DNA of 64,000 bases, taken from a virus (taxonomy: Duplodnaviria; Caudoviricetes). Location of the stretch: positions 1,829 to 65,828 of the IMG/VR virus record IMGVR_UViG_3300036851_000198; one strand, given 5' to 3'. Shown piece by piece: positions 1 to 8,783 of this stretch. Numbering within the stretch: the stretch's first letter is position 1; each line of letters starts with the position of its first letter. The notes beneath the pieces were generated by a model. The model ran no database searches. It saw only the letters and a program-made list of their open reading frames with translations, and was not told where the DNA came from. A program made the translations under genes and the position numbers.

Positions 1-129
1 AATCCCATGTTCGGCATGGTGCCCGATGCTCTTGTCGTAAACCTTCTCGAATCGAACAACGTGCTTCTTGGGAACGGGAACGTCAAGAACGACATCAAAC
101 TTATTCTGGCTTTTCTTTGCCGCAGGCAT
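1..129 (-). CDS. hypothetical protein (runs off window start)
   Basis: ATG at 129 with AGGAG SD upstream; open to position 1 (MPAAKKSQNKFDVVLDVPVPKKHVV...). Confidence 0.6.
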   Translation of the reverse strand, partial: MPAAKKSQNKFDVVLDVPVPKKHVVRFEKVYDKSIGHHAEHGI

Positions 130-202
130 TACACTCCTGTTCGGGGTATATGATGGGTTTCGGGTTCCTTGTTCGGGAGTTAGTCTAACGTCCAAATAAC
201 AA

Positions 203-745
203 CTACGCGCCCGCCATCACCTCGTCCACGAAGTCTTGGCTGACGAACTTCGTCATCTTGGTGCCGCGACTTCTATTGCGCGTGATAAGCGCGTCCAGCC
301 TACCATCTACTTCCATATGGTGCCTCCTGCAAAGCGGGATCAGATTTCCCGGGTTGTTGTTTGTTATATCGCCATCTATGTGATGGATGTCTTGAAATAA
401 TTTCCGACATCCTTCGTATTGGCACAGCACATCATCCGGAACCGGATAAAGCGCCCTATATGGTCTAGGAGATTTGGAATGTCCTCCTTTCCAGGCATGA
501 TGATCGGGTCCATATCTTGCCGATATTCGTCCTGAACACTTTTTACACAATCCGGTCTTACTCCAAATTGTTATTGGATTTCCGCAGTCTGTGCAATTCT
601 TAGGTTTGTTATGTAAATCCTCATTCCAAACAGGGCTATTAGGTCCGCTCATTAGCGGGCGCTGCCAATGGTGTGTGCAGTACCCAGTTTTGTTTCTGTG
701 CCCTAGATTCTTACCACACGTTGGGCACTTAGGCCATGACTTCAT
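203..745 (-). CDS. HNH homing endonuclease with Zn-finger repeats, fused to the displaced C-terminus of the upstream gene
   Basis: CxxC repeats, WKGG, HHIDGDITNNNPGNLIPLCRRHH; more AT-rich than its neighbours. Confidence 0.9.
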   Translation of the reverse strand: MKSWPKCPTCGKNLGHRNKTGYCTHHWQRPLMSGPNSPVWNEDLHNKPKNCTDCGNPITIWSKTGLCKKCSGRISARYGPDHHAWKGGHSKSPRPYRALYPVPDDVLCQYEGCRKLFQDIHHIDGDITNNNPGNLIPLCRRHHMEVDGRLDALITRNRSRGTKMTKFVSQDFVDEVMAGA

Positions 746-968
746 CTACGAAATCTTGGTTCACGAATCTGGTCATTTTCGTTCCACATGAATGCTGCCC
801 TTGAACCATCGGCTTCCACTTGCCCTGAACTGCGGTAAAGGTAAGAACTGGATCAGTGATTGCCTGGTTCTTCTTGCGGCATGACACGCAGTAAGCGGTG
901 ATCTTGCCGTCGAGTTCGACGTCAGAGGGCTTCTTTCCCTTGGGCTTGGGTGACTTTGTTTTTGCCAT
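729..968 (-). CDS. small Zn-ribbon protein, DUF5679-like
   Basis: AYCVSCRKK...G.HSCGTKMTRF pattern. Confidence 0.7.
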   Translation of the reverse strand: MAKTKSPKPKGKKPSDVELDGKITAYCVSCRKKNQAITDPVLTFTAVQGKWKPMVQGQHSCGTKMTRFVNQDFVDEVMA

Positions 969-1315
969 TACTGTGCTTCCTCCTTGTTGGTGAGGTCGAT
1001 CGGTCCTACGTTGTACCCCGAGTCGGGGTCGTCGCGGTGCGCGCTCAGGAGCGCCATCACTTCGTCGGTTACGAGTGGCCTTAGATCGTCAGGCATGTCC
1101 TCCTTCAGTTTGGCGAGCGGCAGTCCCGGCCACATACCGCCGTTCCGCAGTACCTCCTGCCAGTCGGGGTGCTTACTCCAGTCTACCTCCCCGTTCTGTT
1201 CTGGTTCCGGCTCCTTGTTGAACTCCTGCCAAAATGTTCCACCAGCAGGGAAATCCCAGCCAACTACCAATCGTTCTTGTCCGTTCTCGTATCTGGACAA
1301 AATAATCCTAGACAA
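968..1315 (-). CDS. hypothetical protein
   Basis: ORF coupled to both neighbours, GC-rich third positions. Confidence 0.7.
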   Translation of the reverse strand: MSRIILSRYENGQERLVVGWDFPAGGTFWQEFNKEPEPEQNGEVDWSKHPDWQEVLRNGGMWPGLPLAKLKEDMPDDLRPLVTDEVMALLSAHRDDPDSGYNVGPIDLTNKEEAQ

Positions 1316-1865
1316 CTTTTGCGCTCCTTTTCACTTCTTCTCGATGGTAACTCATGCAATTCAAAGAACAAAATCTCCTTGAACTTCTACTTGCTGTGTA
1401 CTCCTTTCCGCGCCACTCACAAACTTTGATTTTTGGCGAATCCTTCTTGAACCATGTTGCTCTTACTTGCGGGGTCCTTGCGTGATCAGAGTGAGACAAC
1501 GGCTTCATGTGATTTGTATTCATACACAAATGCCTTCCGCATTTATGATGAAGATCGAAGCCTTTTGGTATTGGTCCTTTCTTTTGCTTCCAAATCCATA
1601 TGTGGCCGTATGCCATCCTCTCTCCGTCCCAAAACTGGGCCTGCCCGCCTCGTGTTCCGGCTATCCACATTAGACATGGACCTTTCACAGACTCAGATAG
1701 GTCCTTTGGAAAGGGAACTCGCTCGATCTTTTCCATAAACCGATCCATTGGCGGTCTAGTTGGTAGGCCGGTACGAGCATCATATCCCTTCTTGAAACCT
1801 TTATTCTGATGCCGTCTACAAGTACAGCCGGGCTTGCACTTGCGCGGCGTGCCGCGCCTTGGCAT
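1308..1865 (-). CDS. HNH homing endonuclease
   Basis: CLMWIAG...GPIPKGFDLHHKCGRHLCMNTNH and a C-terminal FCSLNC finger. Confidence 0.9.
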   Translation of the reverse strand: MPRRGTPRKCKPGCTCRRHQNKGFKKGYDARTGLPTRPPMDRFMEKIERVPFPKDLSESVKGPCLMWIAGTRGGQAQFWDGERMAYGHIWIWKQKKGPIPKGFDLHHKCGRHLCMNTNHMKPLSHSDHARTPQVRATWFKKDSPKIKVCEWRGKEYTASRSSRRFCSLNCMSYHREEVKRSAKVV

Positions 1866-2119
1866 TACTTCACCGTTACCTTATCCCCATTTCTGGTAAC
1901 CGTCGCAAACCACGAACGATCTTGAAATGGATCAGGTCCGACGACGTTGAACGACATGTCTTCAGGCAGATCGCTAGCGTAGCCCGACCACCCACGCACG
2001 ACAGCCGACGTGCTGGATAGATAGACCTTTGAGGGGCCCTCCTTGATGGCATCCTTCAGAGCCTTCTTTGTCTTCCTGCCCTTGCAGATGAAGTCTGCTC
2101 CACCTTGTTCGAAGCTCAC
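1865..2119 (-). CDS. hypothetical protein
   Basis: GTG start after GGGAG; conserved-looking VVGPDPFQDRSWFATV. Confidence 0.65.
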   Translation of the reverse strand: MSFEQGGADFICKGRKTKKALKDAIKEGPSKVYLSSTSAVVRGWSGYASDLPEDMSFNVVGPDPFQDRSWFATVTRNGDKVTVK

Positions 2120-2153
2120 TTCTTCATCTCCCTCTTGTGATAGTCCTTCTTGG

Positions 2154-2723
2154 TCACGATACGTACAACTCCCTTTGCATCTCGGCAGCAACAAGGAATT
2201 CATTTTCGGCGTCTTCAATTCTTGATAGACATTCGCCAATCAATTGAAGTTCATCCTCGCTAGCATTTGAGTAATCAACTCTGGCTGCTGATTTGATCCA
2301 TCCCTCTGCTGATTGAAGTCTGCGGATCCCATCGGCAACAGTTAGCGCGACGCGACTGTGTGCTATTGTTCTGCCGACAAGGGCTTCTGCATCGACCTTG
2401 GTCATGCCAGGCTTGATTATGTCGAATCTATTATCTTGATAAGCAAGAACTCTGTGTACGGTCCATGATACACCAGATATACGTCTTGATTTTGGCCATT
2501 TTTGACTCACCTTACGTAAGTTCATTATGTGACCTATTGATGCATCACAACCTATATCTCTTGCCCATTTTTCGAGAATCTCCGGTATTTCTAGAGATCC
2601 AGAAAAATCATTTTTGTAGACGTTGACGACTTTTCGGGCTAGGTCCCCCAATTCCCAGTTCATACTGCTTTGTGCCACCACTATCTCGCGGCCTCTTTGA
2701 ACACAATCCTCGTAACTAATCAT
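2154..2723 (-). CDS. hypothetical helical protein, possibly DNA-binding (DUF6192/LmbU-like)
   Basis: NWELGDLA...RKVSQKWPKSRRISGVSWTVHRVLA; AT-rich insert. Confidence 0.55.
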   Translation of the reverse strand: MISYEDCVQRGREIVVAQSSMNWELGDLARKVVNVYKNDFSGSLEIPEILEKWARDIGCDASIGHIMNLRKVSQKWPKSRRISGVSWTVHRVLAYQDNRFDIIKPGMTKVDAEALVGRTIAHSRVALTVADGIRRLQSAEGWIKSAARVDYSNASEDELQLIGECLSRIEDAENEFLVAAEMQRELYVS

Positions 2724-3121
2724 GTGTGAATGCTCCAGGTGCCGTAGGGCATCGGGTCCTTGCCGCTATTGCCCCAGGCACGGTGGAAGATAAGGCCGCC
2801 GTGATAGCCCGACTTCTTGTGATGCCAGAAGAACGAACCCGGAGCGGCGTCGGCATTGATTGTGAGCGGACCGTCGTGGTGCTGCGAAACGGTGATAAGA
2901 TGCATGAAGCTCTTGTAGAAACTACGCTCCATATCTGCAACGCGTTCACGTCGTTCCCGAACAATCTCCTGTCCGTGATCGCCGACCTGTTCCCAGGGAA
3001 TATCCTCGCCCTGAGCCCAACGGTGAGCCTGCTCGATTAGCTCCAGACACTCGCGGTACTTATTGATTGCGTCCGTTGTGACGACGCATTCGCTGTTTAC
3101 ATCTTCTACTGTTTGTCCCAT
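2720..3121 (-). CDS. hypothetical protein
   Basis: coupled ORF ending GYHGGLIFH...WSIHT. Confidence 0.7.
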   Translation of the reverse strand: MGQTVEDVNSECVVTTDAINKYRECLELIEQAHRWAQGEDIPWEQVGDHGQEIVRERRERVADMERSFYKSFMHLITVSQHHDGPLTINADAAPGSFFWHHKKSGYHGGLIFHRAWGNSGKDPMPYGTWSIHT

Positions 3122-3393
3122 AGATGCATCAATCCTATCTCATAGCTCGACATGTATTCTGCTTCTATGCCGAGTTGTGCTTCGTCTAGTTTGTCGTTTA
3201 TCTTATCCAACAGTTCGTAGGTAACCCACGGATACGTCTCATAGTTGACTGTTGCTGCATACCCTCCGTCGCCGTAATGAACGTTGACCTTGTGGCCAAC
3301 GCGGTCCTTGCCTCGATACCACCATCCACTCGGACGCAACGAGTGAATGACCTTGCGCACGATAGCTGCGGCTTTGACTGCATCCATGCTCAT
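3106..3393 (-). CDS. hypothetical protein
   Basis: coupled ORF with GGAG SD. Confidence 0.65.
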   Translation of the reverse strand: MSMDAVKAAAIVRKVIHSLRPSGWWYRGKDRVGHKVNVHYGDGGYAATVNYETYPWVTYELLDKINDKLDEAQLGIEAEYMSSYEIGLMHLWDKQ

Positions 3394-3785
3394 ACGTCAA
3401 CTCCTGGATGCAATCGCATCTTCTCGCCAAGTCGAATGGCTGGCCTGCGCAACAGACCGTTGCCGTAGCTCTCTAGGTAGCCTTCGGCGATGAGCTTGTC
3501 TACGCGAGCCTTTACCCATCCATTCTGCTTGTCGAACTGGATCGCCATATCTTTGAGGCGGAACTGATCAGTCGGGACGTACCTCTTCTTGAACCAATCA
3601 AGCACATCGTCCCATGTGACGCCCTTCGGCTTCTGAGCTTTGTAGTCGGCTAGCTCCTGCATTCCCTCAAGAAACTCGGTCCACTCGACTGCCCAGTGGA
3701 TCTGCTCCATCCGCCCGCGAATGTCCTCTATGAGTTGCTGCCGGATGCACTCGCCGCGTTCGATCTGTTCCTCGATGTACGTTAC
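3390..3785 (-). CDS. putative winged-helix DNA-binding protein; start uncertain
   Basis: FRLKDMAIQFDKQNGWVKARVDKLIAEGYLE; no canonical start at the expected junction (see findings). Confidence 0.55.
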   Translation of the reverse strand, partial: VTYIEEQIERGECIRQQLIEDIRGRMEQIHWAVEWTEFLEGMQELADYKAQKPKGVTWDDVLDWFKKRYVPTDQFRLKDMAIQFDKQNGWVKARVDKLIAEGYLESYGNGLLRRPAIRLGEKMRLHPGVDV

Positions 3786-3988
3786 GTCCTCTTCCTTAGC
3801 TTGAGCTTTTGACCGAGTCCGAGGCCCAATCGCCCGCCGTACATGTCGAAGTGCCTTTGACACATGAATGCCCAAGGTCCATGCGACGTTTTGGCATCGT
3901 ACTTTGCCGGTTCATTGACGCCCAAATGTGTGCAGTAGTCGCAGAGCGGCACCCTGTCTACTCTGACTGCCGTATTGTTCTCTTCCAT
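3782..3988 (-). CDS. small Zn-binding phage protein
   Basis: CDYC...YDAKT..GPWAFMCQRHF..GLGLGQKL; GGAGG SD. Confidence 0.75.
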   Translation of the reverse strand: MEENNTAVRVDRVPLCDYCTHLGVNEPAKYDAKTSHGPWAFMCQRHFDMYGGRLGLGLGQKLKLRKRT

Positions 3989-4179
3989 TATTCCTCCCCG
4001 TTCTGGTCCTTCAACTGCGCCTCGACCAGCAGGCTGAGCGACTCCATAAGGTGCGCTCCGTGTCGGAAGAACTCGATCCTCCACTCTTGCTCCTTGGCAT
4101 CGGCGCCAAACTTCTCGATCGGCGGCGGACCTTTTGGCGGCGACTGGTGCGGTCGGCTGTCCTTCTTACCCTTGGGCAT
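3988..4179 (-). CDS. hypothetical protein
   Basis: GAGGAG SD, TAATG coupling. Confidence 0.6.
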   Translation of the reverse strand: MPKGKKDSRPHQSPPKGPPPIEKFGADAKEQEWRIEFFRHGAHLMESLSLLVEAQLKDQNGEE

Positions 4180-4339
4180 CTACAATCTCCTCATCTCGCG
4201 CCGGGAGGTTCCTCCCGCAGCATAGACATTGGACCCACAACGTGATCGGGCATACGATCTTGTCGACCACGATCCTCTGGTAGCGGCTCGGGTCCGTGTT
4301 GCCGCACGGACATGAGTGAAATACGATAAGCGGTTCCAT

Positions 4340-4570
4340 TTAGATCCCCCACTCATTCTTGGCGCCGGTCCGCTCAGCGAACACCTTGCGAGCCTCGTCC
4401 TTACCGAGCCGCTGGCGCTTGGTATCGAGCACGATGTGACCGAAGCCGTCATCCGAGGCTGGTGTAGCTTTGACGACTTCCTCAATCTTGATCGCGATCT
4501 TGTGCGCGATGGTATCGACGTTAGCTGAGTCGAATAGCTCGACTACGATGTACCTGCATTTGTCTGGCAT
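4340..4570 (-). CDS. hypothetical protein
   Basis: AAGGAGAG SD before ATG at 4570. Confidence 0.65.
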   Translation of the reverse strand: MPDKCRYIVVELFDSANVDTIAHKIAIKIEEVVKATPASDDGFGHIVLDTKRQRLGKDEARKVFAERTGAKNEWGI

Positions 4571-4578
4571 GTCTCTCC

Positions 4579-4869
4579 TTATTCCGCTAGCGGCAGATGG
4601 ACCCACGTACCCGGCTTCTCGGCGAACAATTCGTCGTAGGTCTTGGTATTTGTGTCGTAAGGATTCTCTTTGGTGCCGACATTTGTGGGAACCAAAGCCT
4701 TTCGCCAATATAGATGCACATCGGCGTTATTTGCTGATTCGCTATGGCCGTGCGGGCACGCCTCTCCCGACTCCCAATGAGTGAAACCCGGCGTAAGGAA
4801 GTGACCCTCCCCACACCCGAACATATCTCGAACGACGTATGTATCTTTGGGGTCTAGCTTTTTCTTCAT
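4579..4869 (-). CDS. hypothetical protein
   Basis: ORF in operon context. Confidence 0.65.
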   Translation of the reverse strand: MKKKLDPKDTYVVRDMFGCGEGHFLTPGFTHWESGEACPHGHSESANNADVHLYWRKALVPTNVGTKENPYDTNTKTYDELFAEKPGTWVHLPLAE

Positions 4870-4878
4870 GTCTCTCTC

Positions 4879-5523
4879 TTATGCGTATGGCGGATCATCG
4901 AGCCGCGTCTTTGGCGCCGGTCCCGGCTCGCCCTGTCGCCAGTCACCGAACATCTGCTCCATACCGCAGTTCTCGCAGTGCTCGCACGATGTCGGGTCCT
5001 GCGGGTTGACGGTGAAATGTGTGATTGCGTACTCGTCGCAATGCGGGCACTTGGACTTGCCTCCGTGCGCCATCTCTCGTTCGTGTTCGGACTTCTGTTC
5101 CTCCATGTACGAGTCGTAGGCCGGATCGTCCTGCTCTGTTGGGTTCGGGTTTCTGACGCCGTAGAAGTGGCCCTCGACAAGCCCGAATAGCTCACCGACC
5201 GGGTTTTGTCCTTCAAGGAACTTGTCGAACTCGTTGTGCGTGATCGTGATCGGTTCGCGGCGCTCCTTTTGCTCGACTCTCTCCAGGTCTGGTTCGGGCA
5301 GGCGAACGAGCTTGTCCTCGTACTCGTGAGGAGCGTCCCAATCGACCCAGACGTTCTCGTCGTCGCACATCTTGACGGTTCCGTGTTGTCCGGACTCACT
5401 CCACCGAACTCTGTCACCGCTTTTGAAGGGAGGGGTCATCATCTTGTACGCTCCTGCATCGGTATTGCAAATTAGGATTGACTCTCTGTCACCATGCACC
5501 CATATGTCTCCTTTATTCTTCAT
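4879..5523 (-). CDS. hypothetical protein with SH3-like segment and C-terminal Zn ribbon
   Basis: FKSGDRVRW...GTV...VWVDWD; CPHC...CENC. Confidence 0.65.
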   Translation of the reverse strand: MKNKGDIWVHGDRESILICNTDAGAYKMMTPPFKSGDRVRWSESGQHGTVKMCDDENVWVDWDAPHEYEDKLVRLPEPDLERVEQKERREPITITHNEFDKFLEGQNPVGELFGLVEGHFYGVRNPNPTEQDDPAYDSYMEEQKSEHEREMAHGGKSKCPHCDEYAITHFTVNPQDPTSCEHCENCGMEQMFGDWRQGEPGPAPKTRLDDPPYA

Positions 5524-5740
5524 GGAGTTGATTCTTGCTTCTTGGGAATCTGATGGGGAAGCAACTGCCATCCCCACCCGTGAACGAATACACCGGCGAA
5601 TAGCGGCACCCACGAAAACATCCGTGCGCCGCACATTGGGCACTCGAATATGGTAGTTGTCTCGTGGTACCTCTCGCCGGTGTCGATTGCCTCTTCGCGC
5701 GATAGCGGCCGCTCGCAGTTCTGGCAAGGTGAGTGAGCCA

Positions 5741-6004
5741 TCACCGATCCTCCTTCTCGTATGCCAACACGCAGTTGGCGTTGATGATCTTGTACGACGC
5801 TATCTCCACTTCGCAGTTCTCCTGGTAGTAGACAACGTCGCCCGGTTCGAGGTACGGGACCTCATCTCCCACCTCGATGACGATGCCCTTCTTGACGTGG
5901 TGAACCTCTCCGACGATGATGAGCACCGAAGTCCTGGAGCTATCCATCGGCGGGTCCGCGACCAGCACCCTCGGGCCAAACGGCTTGAGTATTGCTTCGT
6001 TCAT
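5741..6004 (-). CDS. groES: co-chaperonin GroES-like protein
   Basis: LKPFGPRVLV...GIVIEVGDEV..LEPGDVVYY...CVLA. Confidence 0.8.
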   Translation of the reverse strand: MNEAILKPFGPRVLVADPPMDSSRTSVLIIVGEVHHVKKGIVIEVGDEVPYLEPGDVVYYQENCEVEIASYKIINANCVLAYEKEDR

Positions 6005-6158
6005 CAGTCTCCCTTGTATCCGTGCCCGAGCAGGCAGCTTGGGCCGTAGTACATCTTTCCGTTGAGGCGTTTGAGCCCCGACCAGGTACGGAAGATGTAC
6101 CGGTGAACTTCGACCCATTGTCCGTTCACCTCGCACCCAAGCAGCGCCTCGCCTTCCA

Positions 6159-6395
6159 TTAGCATCCTCTCTGATCGGCCTGCGCCATCAACTCTTCGTC
6201 GGTGATGTCATGGTGCAGCCGGTCGATCCTGCGCCCTAGCGTGCTGGCGTCACGGATCAGATCCCGCAACTCCTCACGTTTGTCTGAATGCAAGACTGAA
6301 TGCAAGAACGTCCCAGAGTTGGCCCTAGTCAACTGAGACTCGGATAGGCATACATGGGCGTATGCCTCGTTGAGTGCTTCGTGCAGCTTGCTCAC
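6159..6395 (-). CDS. hypothetical protein
   Basis: GTG start after GGGGAGG. Confidence 0.65.
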   Translation of the reverse strand: MSKLHEALNEAYAHVCLSESQLTRANSGTFLHSVLHSDKREELRDLIRDASTLGRRIDRLHHDITDEELMAQADQRGC

Positions 6396-6510
6396 TCTGC
6401 CTCCCCGCTCTGAGCCTTCAGCTCTCTCGTGATCTTAGCGCTGTACCTAGCGCAGACGGTGAGTACCGCGATGGCGAAAATCAACCACGCAATGCAGCTG
6501 ATGATTGCCA

Positions 6511-6759
6511 TTACGACTCCTCAGCGACTGGCTCTTGGATGATCTCCACGGTGCGCGGCGAACCGTTCGGCTCCACGACGTTGATGAAAATCTTGCCGCC
6601 GTTGCTGATGTGCTCGGTGACCTGAAGGTCGCGCTCTTGTGCGAGCCATCTGAAATCACCCATCGTCATTGGCTTGGTCGCGCCTCGGCGGTGGTCGGTG
6701 GGCTTCTTTATCCAGCGACCCACCCTGCTGCTTTTACGGCGTCGATGCTTGTACCTCAT
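6511..6759 (-). CDS. hypothetical basic protein
   Basis: ATGA overlap with the upstream ORF. Confidence 0.55.
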   Translation of the reverse strand: MRYKHRRRKSSRVGRWIKKPTDHRRGATKPMTMGDFRWLAQERDLQVTEHISNGGKIFINVVEPNGSPRTVEIIQEPVAEES

Positions 6760-6926
6760 GCTATCTCCCATCCTTTGTCTATCATTTCCATCGCGCACGG
6801 CTCTGCATGAACGATAACGCTTTTCTTGCGAGGGCTGAGCGGGTCATATAGCTCCGCGCTCGGATCCTTATCAAGTATGGCTTCGCCACAATGGTCGCAG
6901 TCAATTACCAAACCACAGCCACTCAT
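6756..6926 (-). CDS. small Zn-finger protein
   Basis: MSGCGLVIDCDHCGE...HAEPC; ATGA overlap. Confidence 0.55.
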   Translation of the reverse strand: MSGCGLVIDCDHCGEAILDKDPSAELYDPLSPRKKSVIVHAEPCAMEMIDKGWEIA

Positions 6927-7258
6927 TGTATCTCCCTCGTTGCGTCGAATGCCTCGGTTGTGGCGTTGTGGCAAAGGTGGGCAACGGTGTGTAGGTCCGG
7001 CCTCTTGCCGTCCCTCAGAAACGTCATTGCGATGATGCTCGGAGCGAAGTATGGATTGCCTTGCAGGTGAGGCAATTTCTCCCAAACCTCGTCTGTGATT
7101 CTCACAAACAGGTCGCCGTCGTGAAAAATGGCTAGCGCATCGGCTACGTGCGCTCCATCCATGTTCGTTCCCTTCAGCTTTTCGAGGAACGCCTCCTGCT
7201 GGGCATCCGTCATCGCCGCTTGCACGACGAGGTATGGGTCCGGACCTACTCCCTTCAT
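6923..7258 (-). CDS. hypothetical protein
   Basis: ATGA overlap, GGAGG SD. Confidence 0.6.
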   Translation of the reverse strand: MKGVGPDPYLVVQAAMTDAQQEAFLEKLKGTNMDGAHVADALAIFHDGDLFVRITDEVWEKLPHLQGNPYFAPSIIAMTFLRDGKRPDLHTVAHLCHNATTEAFDATREIQ

Positions 7259-7563
7259 GCGCTCACATCCTCCATGTCGTAGCACTGGACTTCGGGAACA
7301 TCCTCGCCGAAGCTCTCCAGCAACTCGATGATGCGGTCGATGGCGGACCAGGCTAGCGCCTCCTGCCCGAAGATCCTCACCTCGTACATCGCCGTGCGCC
7401 CGCCGTTTTTGTTAGCTCCGGACGGAACGCCGCGCACGTTCACAATCCCCGCCGTGGGCGCGATGAGCACGCGCGCCAAGAACGCTGCGTCCTCGTCGCT
7501 CAGCCGTCCGATCCAGTCGAACGGGACGACGCACTTGATGCTGATGTTCTTCACGTTAGCCAT
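7255..7563 (-). CDS. hypothetical protein
   Basis: AAGGAGAG SD, GC3-rich. Confidence 0.65.
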   Translation of the reverse strand: MANVKNISIKCVVPFDWIGRLSDEDAAFLARVLIAPTAGIVNVRGVPSGANKNGGRTAMYEVRIFGQEALAWSAIDRIIELLESFGEDVPEVQCYDMEDVSA

Positions 7564-7828
7564 CTTGGCTCTCCTTGATTGGTAACCCTACGTTTGGTAC
7601 GGAGTTGCGGAACAACTGCCTGATGAACCGGGTTTCGGCAGGGTAGCCGTAGAGTGGTACGGCAATCACTGCGTTGATGTTGAAAAGTCCGTCCATCGAC
7701 ATCTCGTGGATAATCTCCACAATCCTATCGGCCATTTCGCCGGTTACAGGACCGTAGGAGGTGAACCCATCCAGGTTGGCTGGCTTGGTGCTCTGGTCTA
7801 CTACTACGACATATTGCTCGTTCATCAT
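7556..7828 (-). CDS. hypothetical protein
   Basis: AAGGAGAG SD. Confidence 0.65.
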   Translation of the reverse strand: MMNEQYVVVVDQSTKPANLDGFTSYGPVTGEMADRIVEIIHEMSMDGLFNINAVIAVPLYGYPAETRFIRQLFRNSVPNVGLPIKESQDG

Positions 7829-7952
7829 CTGCTCTCCTTGTTGACCTTAGAAGTCGTCCGGATAGTGCAGCGGAGCGACTGTGATGACCTTGATGTTGTT
7901 CGCCTCGGCGTCCTCCTTGTACTCTTCTGAGTAGAGGAATGCCGAGTGCTCA

Positions 7953-8228
7953 TCAGGGTGCTCGATAACGTCGATCTGCCAATCTGTCGAGCATTTCCTT
8001 GATACGATTCTCAAGCTCGCTCAACGGAACTAGCTTTGACTTCGTTCGGCGCGGTTTTGGTGCGTACACCAAAGTCGGTTCGCCGCGCCCGCTAGTGGGG
8101 CGAGGCTTTCGTGGCGCAGATTTATGGAATGCCCTATATCTCACAACTCTCCTTTGTTCGTTTGATCCTGCAACTGCCGTGATCGGGAATCGGACCCAAT
8201 CCGCGAGACTGAAGATCCTACGTGGCAA
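7953..8228 (-). CDS. hypothetical basic protein
   Basis: GGAGG upstream of TTG start. Confidence 0.45.
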   Translation of the reverse strand: MPRRIFSLADWVRFPITAVAGSNEQRRVVRYRAFHKSAPRKPRPTSGRGEPTLVYAPKPRRTKSKLVPLSELENRIKEMLDRLADRRYRAP

Positions 8229-8299
8229 CTTACAAATGCCTCCAGGTTATGTCTCGCAACACCATGCACGGCAACGCATTTCATACGTGAGTCTCCTTG

Positions 8300-8777
8300 T
8301 TATACCCAGGTTTGAGTCGTGGTCGTCGGTCGCGCAGCACCAAATCTGTTTTGTGGCCCTTGGTGCGGGCTTAGGACGAGAGCTTGAAACCTAACTGGTA
8401 GGACTCGTGTTGTTCAGAGCATATGGATGCAGTCGCACGCTGCGTGTGCTCCCCAGGCTTGCATTGTCCTGGCGTCCGCCCTTACCATCTTTCGCTACAT
8501 ACTTCGTCCGTTGCTGATCCGTTGCCTGCTTCACAACTTCACACTCGGCGGGGTCGCGCAACATAGCGTCTGCGTCAAGGCGGTCGATGCTCCCATATAA
8601 CCCCTGTAGCTCGGGTATCTCCGCGCTCATTGCGCAGGGCCGATCAATTATGAGGATCGGGCTTTCATTAGCCGGTGACTTTGCCACTCGGCTTGCAGCT
8701 TCAGAGGATGCTGCTCCAGGTTCGTTTGCCTTCAGACTGCCTCCCCGCTCTGGGGGCTGCGACCGACGGCATACGTA
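8300..8777. ncRNA. candidate large structured RNA or long untranslated leader
   Basis: no convincing ORF; ends pair (CGTCGGTCGC 8324-8333 with GCGACCGACG 8759-8768); several internal hairpins; lies between a promoter and the first SD. Confidence 0.55.
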
Positions 8778-8783
8778 GAAGGA

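Noticed and set aside
8433-8598. Segments of the candidate ncRNA (minus-strand GCGUGCGA and AUAUGGGAG) can pair across the two gap-free dnaE junctions, hinting at a trans-splicing guide
   Set aside because: The matches are only 8-9 nt with G-U pairs, which is expected by chance in about 470 nt. CGTGCGA also occurs in the 16.5-kb leader, and no ribozyme core is recognisable.
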